The notes beneath the pieces were generated by a model. That model was given only the letters and a program-made list of their open reading frames with translations. It ran no database searches and was not told the DNA's origin. Source: Phaeosaccion multiseriatum (lineage: Eukaryota; Protista; Ochrophyta, other classes). From it: 64,000 nucleotides of DNA. Each line of letters begins with the position of its first letter. The stretch's first letter is position 1. A program made the position numbers and the translations under genes. The DNA lies in the NCBI GenBank assembly GCA_965112735.1, contig OZ218957.1, positions 496,001 through 560,000 of the forward strand, in the 5' to 3' direction. This document shows, piece after piece, positions 11,985 to 25,288 of the stretch.

Positions 11985-13470
11985 GACGCTGATGCAAGTG
12001 CTGCACTGGCTGCTGGGCTAATGAGAAGAGAAGCGCTGATCCCTCGCCACGCTCCTTGAGAGGGCGTCGGCAAACGTAGAGAAAAAATCCAAAAATCCCG
12101 CAATTTCCTCGTGCCCCTCGGCGGCTCAGTGGCCGCTCTTTATCAAGTGTTCGTCCTCTCAAAAAACACAAAAAAAGGATTGATGTCCCTGCATACGTAC
12201 TCGCTCTCTCTCTCTCTCTCACGTCGATCTCCTCGGGCAATGCGTTCCCCCCCAAGCAGCCTTGCAGCCTTCACCAAGCTGAGAAGTGCAAGCAAGTAGT
12301 AGCAGCACAAAAGCGCAAAGAAGCCGCCCGCAATGATGGCACCACGCAAAGATACGAATCGTATCTTCACCTTCGTAGAATTCAGGACAGTCCTGACACT
12401 ACTGAAACGGACGGCCCCACCCTTTCTTTCTTGATCAGTGATCGCCCCCTGGCTTGCTTCTTGGTCGTAGAGAGGCCACCTCCGGCTTCATCTCTGGCTT
12501 CTAGCCGCAGGCCAGCGCTGGCTTTTCGGGCTGGGCAGAAAGAGCAAGAATGAAAGGGGGGGAGCTGAATGCCACTAACGTGAGGGTCTGTTGCACTCCC
12601 CCTAGTACCCACCCCTACCTGGGACGCGTAACCAAAACTGCTCAACTCGGCGATAGAGGCACTGTAGGGGGGGGGGAGGGCTGCAAGACCCGCATGGCCG
12701 TTGTAGAAAATTTTCCAATCCGCTGGTCCTGACACCTAATATTACCTGTATGCCTTGACCTCGAGCGCTCTCTCCCTCAGTCAGACTAAACACTAAACAC
12801 GTGTAAAGGGGGGGTACATGCGATTTCCAGGGGGTGCCAAAGCAGGGCGGGCAGACGCGTCTGCCTCGCCCTTACTCCCATCCACCCTGTTGGATTCCCG
12901 ATAATCCCACCAGCCAGTCCCCCCGGGCCGGGCGGGTGGGGAAACTTTTGCTGTTCACTGCTGCCGTCTCCTTCCGCGCGGTGAACTGCTGGGCTGTCCC
13001 CTTCACTGTCCTCCTCATCGCGCTGAGCTCTTCGGCATTGCTTACAACTCTTGCGACGCTGGACTCGCGTCGCCTCCTCTTTCCACAGTAGTGACTGCTA
13101 AATTTTGGCTATAGCTACCCCGGCGGGGTGAGCGTCTTTTGCGTGGCGCGGGCCATTGGACCTTCGCGTCAGTCGGCGCAGGCGTGACCCTTGCCTCCTA
13201 CAAGTACGCATCCAATTTCTCCTTTCCCTTAACCTAGTCACTATCCTCCCCAAATTGAAAATACGTTTTTCGATCGATCGACGCTCCCCCTCGAAAAACG
13301 AAAAACTACTTTTTTTTGCAATTAAGTAGTTTTAAAACTAAAAATATTCATAATAATTCATTATTAGTACCCCAATTGGGCGAACACTCGATTTGCCATT
13401 ACCTTCCAACCTTATCAGCCACTCTTGTCAGCGGATGGTGGTTTGTCCTTTGCTTCACTCAGCTACACAC

Positions 13471-14989
13471 TTAGCTACATCCCCCCGCCTGCAGCACGTT
13501 CTCTTCGTATCTGCCGCTGTAGTTCCCGGGCTCACTGTATTGACAAACAACGGTGGTTGCATCGCCCTGGGTCCCCACAGCGCAGCCGAGTCTCAGTGAA
13601 TCCCTCCAAACCATCTGAGGGCGACGGGGAGGCGAGCGAAGGAGGTGGAGGTCATGCGTGCGTGTGCGTGGGTGCGTGGGTGCGTCGCATACAAACTCAC
13701 CTGTGTGAAGTGCCCTGTCGCGGCGCTGAAGGGTCCACAGCCGGCCCAGGGGCTCGTGGAGCAGAGGTCAACCTCATCGTACCAGGCGTTGACCGACCAA
13801 TCCGCTGCGTACATGGCGTCACTACCCCTACTGCCGCTGATGCGCCCAAGGTTCTCGCCTAGTCCGTTGTTGCTCGTATGCTCGAATCTTCCGGTGGAGG
13901 CGAGGTAGATGGCATGTGCTTGAGCTGACTCCTCGATGGTGGTGTCCCTTCAGGTGAAAGTTCAAGGAGAGGAGTTGAGCGCACGCGGAGGATAGTGAGC
14001 GGGTGGGCTTGTGGATGGATGATGGAAGTGGATGTCCTGCTCGCTTACCATGTCATGGGGGGGGCGCAATGGAGGTTTCGCTTCTCATTGTGGAAGTCCA
14101 GCATGTACTTGTTCACGTCTGCGGAGCGAGAGAGGCAGGGGAGAGGGGAGACGGGAAGAAGCGCTTGGAGAAAGGGAGGGAACAAGACGCACACGAAGCG
14201 GCACAATCAATCATTGGCTTCTGGACAGTCGGAAACCTGATTCAAAAGCTGCATAGCTTCTACCTGTTACAGGGGGAGGAGAAGGCGCCACGGGTGCCTG
14301 AGTCGGAGCTGGCGCTGGAGCAGGCGCCACGGGTGCCTGAGTCGGAGCAGGCGTCGCGATCATAGCAGGAGGGGCAGGTGTCGCGATCATAGCAGGAGGG
14401 GCAGGTGTCGCGCGTCTTGCCGGAGCGGGGGAAGGCGCCACGACCGATGGAGATGGTGTGGGTCTGGGCGACGGAGTAGGGGCAGGCATCTCTGGTGGCG
14501 ACGGCGCCTTTGTGGCGGGAGGAGGAGGCAGAAGGACGCCGTCGATGACGTGTGCCACGCCGTTACAGGCGAGCAAGTCCGTGGCAAGGATGGTGGAGGT
14601 CTTGCCGGTGGCGTCTCTGATGATGGCGTCATCGCTCACGTCGAAGGTGCCGCCGTTGAGCGTGATAACGGTGGTGCCGAGGACTTCGGCGGCCAGGACG
14701 GTGCCTTCAGTGACATGGTAGAGTAGGATGGTCTTGAGGGTGTCCTCATCCACTGTTGTGATGTCCGTGCATCTTTCCGTTTCTTCGGCGGCGGCGCTGA
14801 GAAGGGGAAGAACACAGTTACAGAAATAGAAGGGAGGGACGCGAGGTTAACACTGGCATCCAAACAATCATCTACAACCTTTCGACCCTGTGCGTATTGC
14901 ATCATCGCTATCAACACTCACCAAAGCCCGGCAGCAGCGAAGGCCGTGTCGGTGGGTGCGAACACAGTCAGCTGTGTGGTGTCAGTAAT

Positions 14990-15023
<34 letters not shown>

Positions 15024-16378
15024 TGGGTCATAGAGAAAGGCAGAGAAAACGTGTATATAATGTATATATATACGTAGAGAGAGAGCAGAGCGAGGGAGAT
15101 CAGAGAGAGATCAGAGAGAGAGGAGAGAGATGAGAGAGATTGGGAGAGAGGCGGAGCGAGAGGAGAAGGAAATATGAAAGGCTTGTCAATGGCCAGCATG
15201 GGGAAGGGCAAACTCCTCCTCCGTACCTCAGCGGTGGAGAGGGTCTCAGTGAGGCCCTCAACGGAGGTGACGGCGGCGATGAGGGCGTCGAAGTCTCCGC
15301 CGGCGTTGGCACCCACCAGCAACGACACAAGGTCCGCGCACTCCTCCTCGGGGCCTTCGCTCTCTGCTTCGTCTTCGCTGTCCACGGAAGATGCGGCGAG
15401 GGACTGTGCAGGGGAGGGGGGCACGACTTCCGGAGATGGTGCTGGTGCGGGGCTCGTCAGCATCATGTTGTCCAACAAGAAGTCGGTGTTGTCGCCCCCA
15501 CCTTGGTCGCGGTACGACAGACGGTAGGAACGAAGAAGGGATGGGAGGGAGATGGGAGACAGCGAATGAGAGGTGAGCTATAGAAGGAGGAGCAGCGAAC
15601 CAGCCACGTCCACGCAAGCAATGCACGCCTTCAGCACAACCCCTGCTGCCTGCTGCGCCCCCCCTCCACCCGGCCCGTCACTCTTTGCCCTCTCTTGTGA
15701 CTGACCTTTCACGCCAACCTTGGTCCTAACGCTGTCTTCCGTAACGTCGGCCTCGACATAACAGCGTGTCCAGCACGTAGCATTCGCGGTGCATGTGTAC
15801 TTGCCGAACACTTTCTTGTCCTCGCCGTCCCCCTGCTGGATGATGAGATCCACCTCCCTCGTCTTGGTGGCGGGAGCGGCGACCTTGACATCGACCGAAA
15901 GTCTGTATCTACCCTTGGTGAGCTGCACGGACTGATAAAGTTGCATCATCCAAGGGGAGCTCCTGGTGGTCGACTTCTTGTTCCGCACACGGAAACGAGC
16001 AACGCCGTCCCGAACGGAGAAGGAGGAGCTCTTGCCCATCGCCTTCTTGTTCTTGTAGGTCTTCCACGCAGACCCCGGGATTGCCATGTCGAAATGGGGA
16101 TTGTCCAGCATGTTCATCGTCCTGTCGGGAGCGAGCCTTCTGCTCTGGTCCAGATCCTCCACCTCCGCCTGCCACCCCGCCGCTCCCGCCATCTTCCCTG
16201 CCCCAAGGACTTCGAAGTGCGTCTGCGGCTTGGCAACAACGCGCTGAAGTTGCTGCTCCGTTGGCTCAGTGGACGAGGCCGCTGTCGCGGAAGAGGGAAG
16301 AAGAAGGAGCGAAGAAGGCGCCAGGAGCAGACCGACCATCGCCGCAACAACGGGGACCTTCTGCTTTGAAAGAGTCAT
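13471..16378 (-). CDS. Secreted CBM4/9-like + fasciclin (FAS1) + Pro-rich linker + CAP domain protein, paralog B (multi-exon)
   Basis: Signal peptide; SRRL; NMLDNPHF...PWMMQLYQ; FAS1 motifs LTVFAPTDTAF, ILLYHV, NGVAHVIDGVLLP; Pro/Ala/Thr linker; CAP motifs HNEKRNLH, GENLG, WYDEV, GHFTQMVW, VVCQYSEPGNY; stop at 13471-13473. Confidence 0.9.
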
Positions 16379-16565
16379 GATTGGGTGATTCTTGTTTGTG
16401 TCGCTGTCTGGTAAAATACACCCCCCCTGTGATACTCTCCATCAGCCATGAGAGCGCTAACTCAAGAAAGTATGAGGTGAGACATAGATTAATAATGTGA
16501 AATAAAAACAAAACAAAAAATACTCTCCGGGCTCCGACGACGGCGGAACACACACACACACACAG

Positions 16566-16617
<52 letters not shown>

Positions 16618-16951
16618 AGCGGCAGCGGATGCCCTATTGAAGGCGCGAAGAAGTGCCGAACGTCGTGGGGCCCTTGGCCCTTGCGCACATCGCTAAGCGA
16701 CTGTACCTCCGCCGCTGTGGGCCAGGGGATGCCGCCGCTTATTGTATGCTTGTGAATGGCCACTCGGATTCCCCCCTTCTTTCTTTTAAAGGAATTAAAC
16801 TGCAAATTATAAACAAGCGAGGGAAGTCGAGTTGCGACAGCCTTTGTCTTGGTTGGGGCAGCCCGCACCGCCCTCCCGCCTCTATCATCCTGCTACTCTT
16901 CCCCCTCCACTTGTATCCTACAACTGTACATAGTTGGGTGCTTCGCTTCAC

Positions 16952-18541
16952 TTAGCTGCACACCCCAGCCTGCAGCACGTTCTCTTGGTATCTGCCGCTA
17001 TAGTTCCCGGGATCAAAGTATTGGCACACCACGGTGGTTGCGTCGCCCTGTGTTCCCACCCCGCAGCCGAGTCTCAATGAGTCCTTCCATACCATCTGGA
17101 AGGGGAGCGAAGGAAGTGGAGGTCGTGAGCGCGTGGGTGCGTGCGTCACGCGCGCCGACACTGCACGAAAAAAAAGGCTCTCGGGCTCACATCTCTGTAC
17201 CGAAGAGATAAACCACCAGCCATATACCCTAGACCCCATACCCCATACCCTACATACCCTTTACCCCATACCCCATACCCCATACCCTATGCCCCATACC
17301 CCATACCCCTACTCCATACCCTATACCCTAGCCGGGGAACGACGACACAATCTTCTGCAGCTTTGCATCGTATAGGTGAAAGTCAACCTTGTCGCCCGCA
17401 GTCTGAAACCTGACTTGGGGCTGCTGACCTGTTGCAACTGGCGACTGTGCGAGTGCCACCACGGGGGTCGGAGCGGGGGAAGACGACACAATCTCCTGCA
17501 GCTTTGCATTGTACAAGTCAAAGTCAATCTTGTCGCCCCCACCTTCGTCGTTTGTGGAAAGGGGAAGGAAAGAAGGAGGGGCAGCGGGGCCTCTGTGGGG
17601 TTAGGGGGATATCTGACGGAGGAGTAGGAACAGCGTAACACTCCATAGGACCATTTGCCATGCACCGCCTGGCGCTCAGTCCAGCCCCGGGGCGAGCGCG
17701 GGAAGAAGCAGGGGGGCTAGCGCGGTGGCGTGATGGGTACAAAGAGTCAGTCCCTACTACCAAATGGCATCACCTCGGCCGAAAAGCCTTGTTCTCACCG
17801 CTCCGTGCTCTCTCTCTCTCTCTCTCTCGACTGACCTTTGATGCCCACCCTGATCATCTCGCTGGCGTCTGAAATCACCCCATCCACGTAGCAGCGTGTC
17901 CACGACTCGGCATTGGCAGTGCATGAGTACGTGGCGAAGACTTTCCGCTCCTCGCCGTCCTGCTGGAGCACGAGATTCACCTTTCGGGTCCTCGGACCCT
18001 CGGCCACCTTGATGTCCACCGACAGTCTGTATTTGAAGCCCTCGGTGAGCTGCTTCGATTGGTAGAGTTGGATGTGCCAAGGGGCCTTCCCGGGCGACAT
18101 GTTCGAGATGTGCACTCGAACTCGGCCACTGTGTATGGAGAAGGACGGCCTCCTCCCCATCGACTTGTGCGTGTACGTCTTCCATGCGGACTGCTTGATT
18201 CCGTGTTCGAACTTGGGATTCTCCAGCAAATTCCTACCCAGAGCGAGCCTTCGTTGGTGAAGCCCCCTGAAAATCGGAGGATACGCCCCCCATCCCTCCT
18301 CCTCGCCTGATTCTTCTGCCTTTGTGCCGGTAAGCTCCTCTTGCCATCCCGCCTCTGCCTGCGAGTGGACGTAGTCCACCGTCTCCTCCGTCTCAAGCAC
18401 TTCGAAGTGAGTCTCCGTTGATGCAATTGCCCTCTCCAGCTTGTTCTGCTTCGCCGAGGAGGCCTCTGACGCTGGAGTGGGAGCACGGAAAAGCAGAACC
18501 CCAACCATCACAGCCTGGAGCCTCTGCATTGAAAGCGCCAT
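16952..18541 (-). pseudogene. Paralog C: CBM4/9-like domain intact, CAP core exons missing, orphan last CAP exon retained (truncated gene or pseudogene)
   Basis: ATG at 18541, QRRL, NLLENPKF...PWHIQLYQ. The second exon contains an internal duplication (GDKIDFDLYNAKLQEIVSS / GDKVDFHLYDAKLQKIVSS) and then a stop near 17328. Exon MVWKDSLRLGC...PGNYSGRYQENV survives at ~16952-17095, but no HN/GEN/GHFTQ exons lie between. Confidence 0.75.
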
Positions 18542-18836
18542 GACGCCAGTGGGGTATGGCTGTTGCACACTCTTCCATGGTCTCGACCTTAACGCCCTTT
18601 CTTTGCGCGCTAGCTGGCAATGTTCTGAGCGAGAAGAAAATAGAAAATGAAGTTGGAGGGTTGGTGCTCCGGCGTAACGGCGAGAGCAAAACGCGGGAGG
18701 TGGGAAAAGAAAGTGGACGAAAGGGAGCAGCTGAAGCGGCAGTGCACACAGAGACACTACTGATTCTATCTCTCTGTCTGCTGCAAGTGCCGCTGACTTA
18801 TCCCCATGTGAAGCGGTAGTGCACAGCCCTGTTCCC

Positions 18837-20678
18837 ATGGCGACCAGCAGCACAGACGCCGAGGCCATCGTGGAGGAGTACCTCAGATACAGAGGATTCA
18901 GCAACAGCGTGGTTTGCTTCCAGTCCGAGAGGAGGACCCAGATCGGCCACCAACGGGGATTAGAGAGGCAGCAAAGAAAGGCAGAAGGAGGAGAGAGCCC
19001 GGGTCAGGGACCCTCGTTTCTGGCGAGGAGGAGAAAGAGGGTGCCACAATTCGGGGAGAGAAGACCGACACATCCCCCACAGTTCTACTCCCGCGGTGGC
19101 GGCAGCGGAGACGTCATCCAAGACATCCTCGATGCCTTTGACGCAGCGGACAGCCGAGAGCTGGCGCGGCTTTGGCTGGCCGCGGTCCCTCCCGAGCTGC
19201 TGCACGCAGCGGCAGAGAGCAGCAATCAGAGGAGCCACGGGGACGGTGGCACCTCGGGGAATGACTTACCAGGAGCAGGGACGAGCGGCAGCAGCCACAA
19301 GGCCGGTAGCGAGGCCAGGAAGCTGGAGTTTTACCTACAGGTGCACTGCGCTCTGCACCCCTTTCGAGAGAGCGTGATTCAGCAGATGGCGGACGTCGAT
19401 GTTGCCTCCAGGCAAGCTCGGATGGACGGGAGTAACTCCTCGCCTCATGTCGTATGTCTGCAAGGGAGGGAGGGGGGAGGGCCATTTGCGTCGGCGTTTG
19501 CCAGCAGGAAGTGTTGCTTGCCTCGTCGTCATCTTGGGGTTCTGCCGCACACCGCCAAGTTAGCCTTGCAAACACTCGCTCACTTAACCCACCCACCCAC
19601 TCAATATCTCACTCACTTCACTGGCTCCCTCCCTCCCTCCCTCCCTCCCTCCCTCCCTCCCTCCCTCCCTCCCTCCCTCCCTCCCTCCCTCCCTCCCTCC
19701 CTCCCTCCCTCCCTCCCTCCCTCCCTCCCTCCCTCCCTCCCTCCCTCCCTCCCTCCCTCCCTCCCTTCCTCCCTCTCTCTCTCTCTCTCTCTCTCCTCCT
19801 GTATCACAAACTCCTTCAGGACGGCGGGACGGGCCATGGCAATCTTTAAGCGCTACTTGGAAGGAAGAGGCGCTTTCCTCTCAACACACCCGGACTTCAT
19901 CGCCTTCTACGCCCTGCCTTACTGCCCTGACTGCTCCACCCACCCGTCCTTCGCCTACCTCCTCAAGGATCAGTGGCCGGCGGACCTAAGGCGGCGCCTG
20001 CACAAGTTCCTTACAGCCGTCTGCAGCCGCCGGCCGGGTGAGGAGGGGGACGACGAACACCACGCATATGCCAGCCACGGAGACCTTTCCTACGGCGGCA
20101 AAAGCCTGCCGAGGCTGCTGCAGCTGCTACAGAGAACTCCGGCGAGTGATGACGGTGGTGGTGGTGATGGTGGTGGTGGTGGTGGTGCCAGTACGGGAGG
20201 GATGAGGGGCGGTCTCAAGCGCAGCATCAACCCGGGCCATCACTCCGCTGCTTCTTTCAAAGCTGCTGGCGACGACGATGACGCCGTCGCATCTGCTGCC
20301 ATCCGCACAGAGGCAGAGGACAGTCAGCAACTTGCACAAGCGCTTCTTGCGAGTCTAAAGGCGTGTGTGCGTGCGCTGGAGGGCTGTACGGACGAAGGAA
20401 AGAAGCTGAGCCCGGCCTTCCTTCGCTCCATTCAGACGAGACTTGGAGAGTCATCAGCGAGGTTCACTGACTTACGGGCCCGGGCAGAGGCCAGGCGTGA
20501 GCAAGAGGACAAGCGAAAGCTTGAGCTGGCGACGAGCAGCACGAAGAGAAAGAAGAGCGTGGTTACGTGGGCCATGGACGAGCAGCAGCAGCAACCCTCG
20601 CAACAAGCCGAGCCTTCGCACCACCACCACCACCACCACCACCAGAACCATCAGCAACAGCACCAGCATCAGTACTAC

Positions 20679-20714
<36 letters not shown>

Positions 20715-22711
20715 GAGGAGGAGGAAGGAGATCAGCTCTACCACAGCGCCTCGGGGGGAGGTGACAGCGACAGCGATGCGTCCTTTGACGAGCACGCGTG
20801 GCAGCAAGGAGGGGAGGGTGATGGGGGCAGAGGATGGAACAGAAACAGGACAGAAGGAGGAGGGGCGGGAGGAGGAGGAGGAGGAAGAGGAGGAGGAGGA
20901 GGAGGAGGAGGAGGAGGAGGAGGAGGAGGAGGAGGAGGAGGAGGAGGAGGAGGAGGAGGCGAAGGGCGGAGTACTGGGGCCTCAGCCGCCAACACAGCCG
21001 ACGCATCAGAGGCCAACCGTGCCATCCTCGCTCCATTAGACTACGTCAAGATAAAGGCCACTCTGTACAAGCTCGCCCGCCTGGCTTGGGGGCGGGACCC
21101 GGGAGGAAGAGACTCGACGGGAGGGGGAGGAGGAGGAGGGGACTCCGCGATGCGGCACAACAAGAAGGAGCGCAAGACGGACAACGGCATGGGCTTGGCC
21201 CAGGGGGGGCAGCGACAGGAGGCGGCTTTCCAGTGTGCGCTTATACTACAGGTTGGGAAAAGGGCGCTCTGACGAAAGCCTTCCTACCCCCTGGGGAGAT
21301 GGTGAAGGGAAGCTCGCTTGCTTTCATCCAAAGAGGGGAAATCCAGCCGCCCACACTGTAACCAACACTTGGGGTCTTGCTCTCGTCTGTCTGCCTACCC
21401 ACCCACCCACCCACCCACCCACCCACCCATCCATCCATCCATCCACCCACCCACCCACCCACCCATCCACCTACCCACCCATCCATCCACCCACCCACCC
21501 ATCCATCCACCCACCCACCCATCCATCCACCCATCCACCCATCCATCCATCCATCCATCCACCCACCCACCCACCCACCTACCCACCCATCCATCCACCC
21601 ACCCACCCATCCATCCACCCACCCACCCATCCACCCATCCACCCATCCACCCATCCACCCACCCACCCACCCACCCAACCACCGAGCTCTGCCCTCCACG
21701 ACTCCCGTCTTAGCCCCCCCCCCCCCGTCTTGCCTGTTGTGCTTTGCCCTTTCTCTGCTGAATGTCGTTTCGTGCGTTTCGTGTGGCCATCACACTGCCA
21801 GGCCATTCGATTCCGCTTCGCGGGGTCATCCGCAGGAGCGAGGAGGGGAGGTGAGAGCGTGGTGGTGAGGAGACAGTAAGGCAGGGGGCACATTGAGCTG
21901 AGCGGAAAGAGGCTCAAAGGGGCTGAGCCTATGGGCTGTACCCTCCTCTTCTTACCTCGCCCTCTCTTCTTACCTCGCCCTCTCGCTCTCTCGCTCTCTC
22001 GTCCTGTCTGCACCACACAGTGTTGTACCATTTGGTGCGCTGTGACATTTTCGATCTCCACAAACCCCGAGAAGAAGGGGGGGGGGCAGGCTCCTCCTGC
22101 CCCTCCGTCTCTCTCTTAGAAGAGCTCTTGGGAGGAGGAGGAGGAGGAGGAGGAGGAGGAGCATCGGCAGCAGGAGGAGGGGGGGGGGGAGGAGGGGCAC
22201 GAATGACCGGCCCAGGAGGTGTGGTGGCAGAGTACGCGGTGCGGTTGGTGAATGCCCTCGCCATAAGCTTCCAAGCCAGGCAATACCTTGTGAATATTGA
22301 CCCTCGCCGGTGCGGGGCAAATACCCTCGACCTGCTCTATCGGACGGTTTCCGGTGCCAGTGCTGCTGCAGACGGATCGTTTATTGACTCCGCCGTGTTC
22401 AAGAACGTGCTCGGAACGCTCCAAAAGTGCTCCCTGGGGCATGGCCCTGCGGACAGGTTGATTGACTTGGGTATTGTAGGTTGGGCCTCGGAGTTGCTGG
22501 GGCTTGAGGACGCCCTCTCCGACTACAGCACCGAGTACCTCACGGCACTACTCATGAACCTCGCATTGAGGAAGAAGGTGCGACACTTGTTTGGCTCGCT
22601 CCCCGAGACCGTCTTTTGATCTCTCCCTCCATGTCTCTCTCTCTCCCTCCATGTCTCTCTCTCCCTCCATGTCTCTCTCTCTCCCTCCATGTCTCTCTCT
22701 CTCCCTCCATG

Positions 22712-22763
<52 letters not shown>

Positions 22764-22944
22764 TTTCCCTCCCTCTCCCTCTCTCTCTTCTCCCCCTCTG
22801 TCTCTCTCTTCTCTTCCTCTCTCCTTTTCCCTCCCTCTCTCTTTGTCTTCTCTCCCTCTCTCTCCTTTTCCCTCCCTCTCTCTCTATCTTCTCTCCCTCT
22901 CTCTGCTTTTCCCTCCCTCTCTCTTTCTTTTCCCTCCCTCTCTC

Positions 22945-22989
<45 letters not shown>

Positions 22990-25227
22990 TCCTTTTCCGA
23001 CTCTCTATCGGCCACCTCTCTCTCCCTATCTTCAATTCACCTCGAGCCCCCCACCCATATGCCTTGAAATGAATCAACCCTAGAGACTCAGCACGCCACA
23101 CCTACTGCCCCCATCTGCCCACCCGCCCCCACCCATATGCCTTGGTATGGCCCAACCACAGGGGAAGGAAGCACTCGCACGGCAAACACAGCCCGACGTC
23201 CTGCAGGTCCTTGGAAACCTCCTCGAGTCCGAGAATCAGCAGGTGTGTGGCACGGGCCCGTCCGTGCGCCTACGCGTCTCTCTACCTCTTCCGCTCTCTT
23301 CTCCGTCTCCCCCCGCCCTCTCTCCCCCCTTCTCTCTCTCTCCTCCTCCTCCCCTCTCCTCTCTTTCCCTCTCTCCCTCTCCCTCTCCCTTCCTCTCTCT
23401 CCCTCTCTCTGTCTCTGTCATCACTTGACTTGCTCCAAAACCAAATCAGTCCAAATCCCTACAACCAGCACACTAACTCACACACGCACGCACACACGCA
23501 CGCACCCACAGGTGGTGCAGTATGTCAATGGAGTGCTTTTTTCTATCCTCAATCGCAAAGACATGAAGGAGAGGGCCGCAGCAATGGGGCTCGAACTGAT
23601 GCTGCGCTCCCTCATTGAGCACACCTCAGATCCGGCGGCGTCAACGGTTTCAGAAAGCGGCGGTTTCGAGCAGCACCACCAGCAGCAGCAGAGGCAGCAG
23701 CAACAGAGACAGCAGCTGGAGTACGTGTTGGATCAACTCCAGCAAGAGCCTTTAGGGCCTGAGGAGGAGGACGGCAACGGACACGAAGAAGACCCAGACG
23801 AAAGGTGTGTGAGGCAAGCGTAAAGGGCACCAGAGTGTAGAGGTATATAGGTAGGAGGGAGGTGCGAGCACGAGATTGGAGGCGTATGGGGAAAGGAGGT
23901 GTGGGGAGAAAGAGTTTCGTTCCCCAGGGGTTCCCTTCCCTCTGCCCTTGATTGCGATTGCGATTCCCTAATGGCCACTCGCGCTCTCTCCAACATGTAC
24001 TTGACGCCGCTTGAAAAAATGGACCATCCTCAAATGACGACGACGCCCCTACGATCCTCCACATCCACAGCCAATTCTACGACGACGATGGACTCAGTCC
24101 TGACACCTTGCCGGAAAGTGACGCGCTGTTGGACTTTCTCCACAGCCGAGCCGCCCCGGGGGGAGAGGCGCTGCTGTGCTCGCAGTTCCTGCTCTCTGCG
24201 GAAGCGGCGGCGAAGTCGCTCTCGCTGGACACGGATGACGATAGAGAGAGGATCCTCATGGGTGCGTGTGCGTGTGTGTGTGTGTCCTCCTCCTCCTCCT
24301 CCTCCTCCTCCTCCTCCTCCTCCTCCTCCTCCTCCTCCTCCTCCTCCTCCTCCTCCTCCTCCTCCTCCTCCTCCTCCTCCTCCTCCTCCTCCTCCTCCTC
24401 CTCCTCCTCCTCCTCCTCACTCTCCTCCTCTCCGTCCTCCTCTCCCTCCTCCGCTCCCTCCTCCCTCTCCTTCCCCTCCTCCTCCCCTCTCTGAACCCCT
24501 CCCTACCCCAGGTATGAGCAGCAAGCAGCGCAAGGAGAGATCCGAGCGTTACATGGCCTCCAACGCCTCCGGAGAGGGCACTTCGTCTGCTGCCATCGCT
24601 GGCGCTGCCCCCCCTGGAGAAACCCTCCAGCTTGACAGCAGTCATGGCTGTAACCCCTCCTTAAATGTCACCAACGGACCGCTGTCCCCTCCGCCTCACC
24701 ATCAGCAGCAGCAGCAGCAACAGCAGCAGTTGGTGATACAGCAACAGAAGCAGCCATCACAGAAAAGCAGAACCCAGCAGAATCTTCCTGAAGAGCTGCA
24801 GGTGTTCGTGTGAATGCGTATGTGCATATATTTATGTGTCTCTGTCTGTGCTTGTATAGAATGTATATATGTGCATGTGTACATGTGTGTGTACATGTGT
24901 GTGCGTGTATGTATTTGTGTGTATGTGTGTATGTGTGTGTATGTGTGTATGTGTGTGTGTGCGTGTGTGTGTGTGTGTGTGTGCGTGTATGTATTTGTGT
25001 GTATGCGTGTATGTGTGTTTGTGTGTTTGTGTGTGTGTGCGTGTGTGTGTGTGTGTTGTGTGGAGCATGAGATATCCCCCTCCCTGCTGCTGCCCGTCTG
25101 CCAGTGCCTCACTCTCTGAAAGCCCATGCCACACACACAAAGAGAAGAGTACTTACACCCAAACCACCCACCTCTTCCTCCTGCCTGAACGCTTGTATGC
25201 TTTGAATGCATGCCCCCCCCCCCCCCC

Positions 25228-25288
<61 letters not shown>

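Noticed and set aside
12100-13400. Possible gene fragment (hydrophobic ORF 12143-12370) and AT-rich patch between CAP paralogs
   Set aside because: Frames do not join convincingly, and there is no motif, TIR or TSD.
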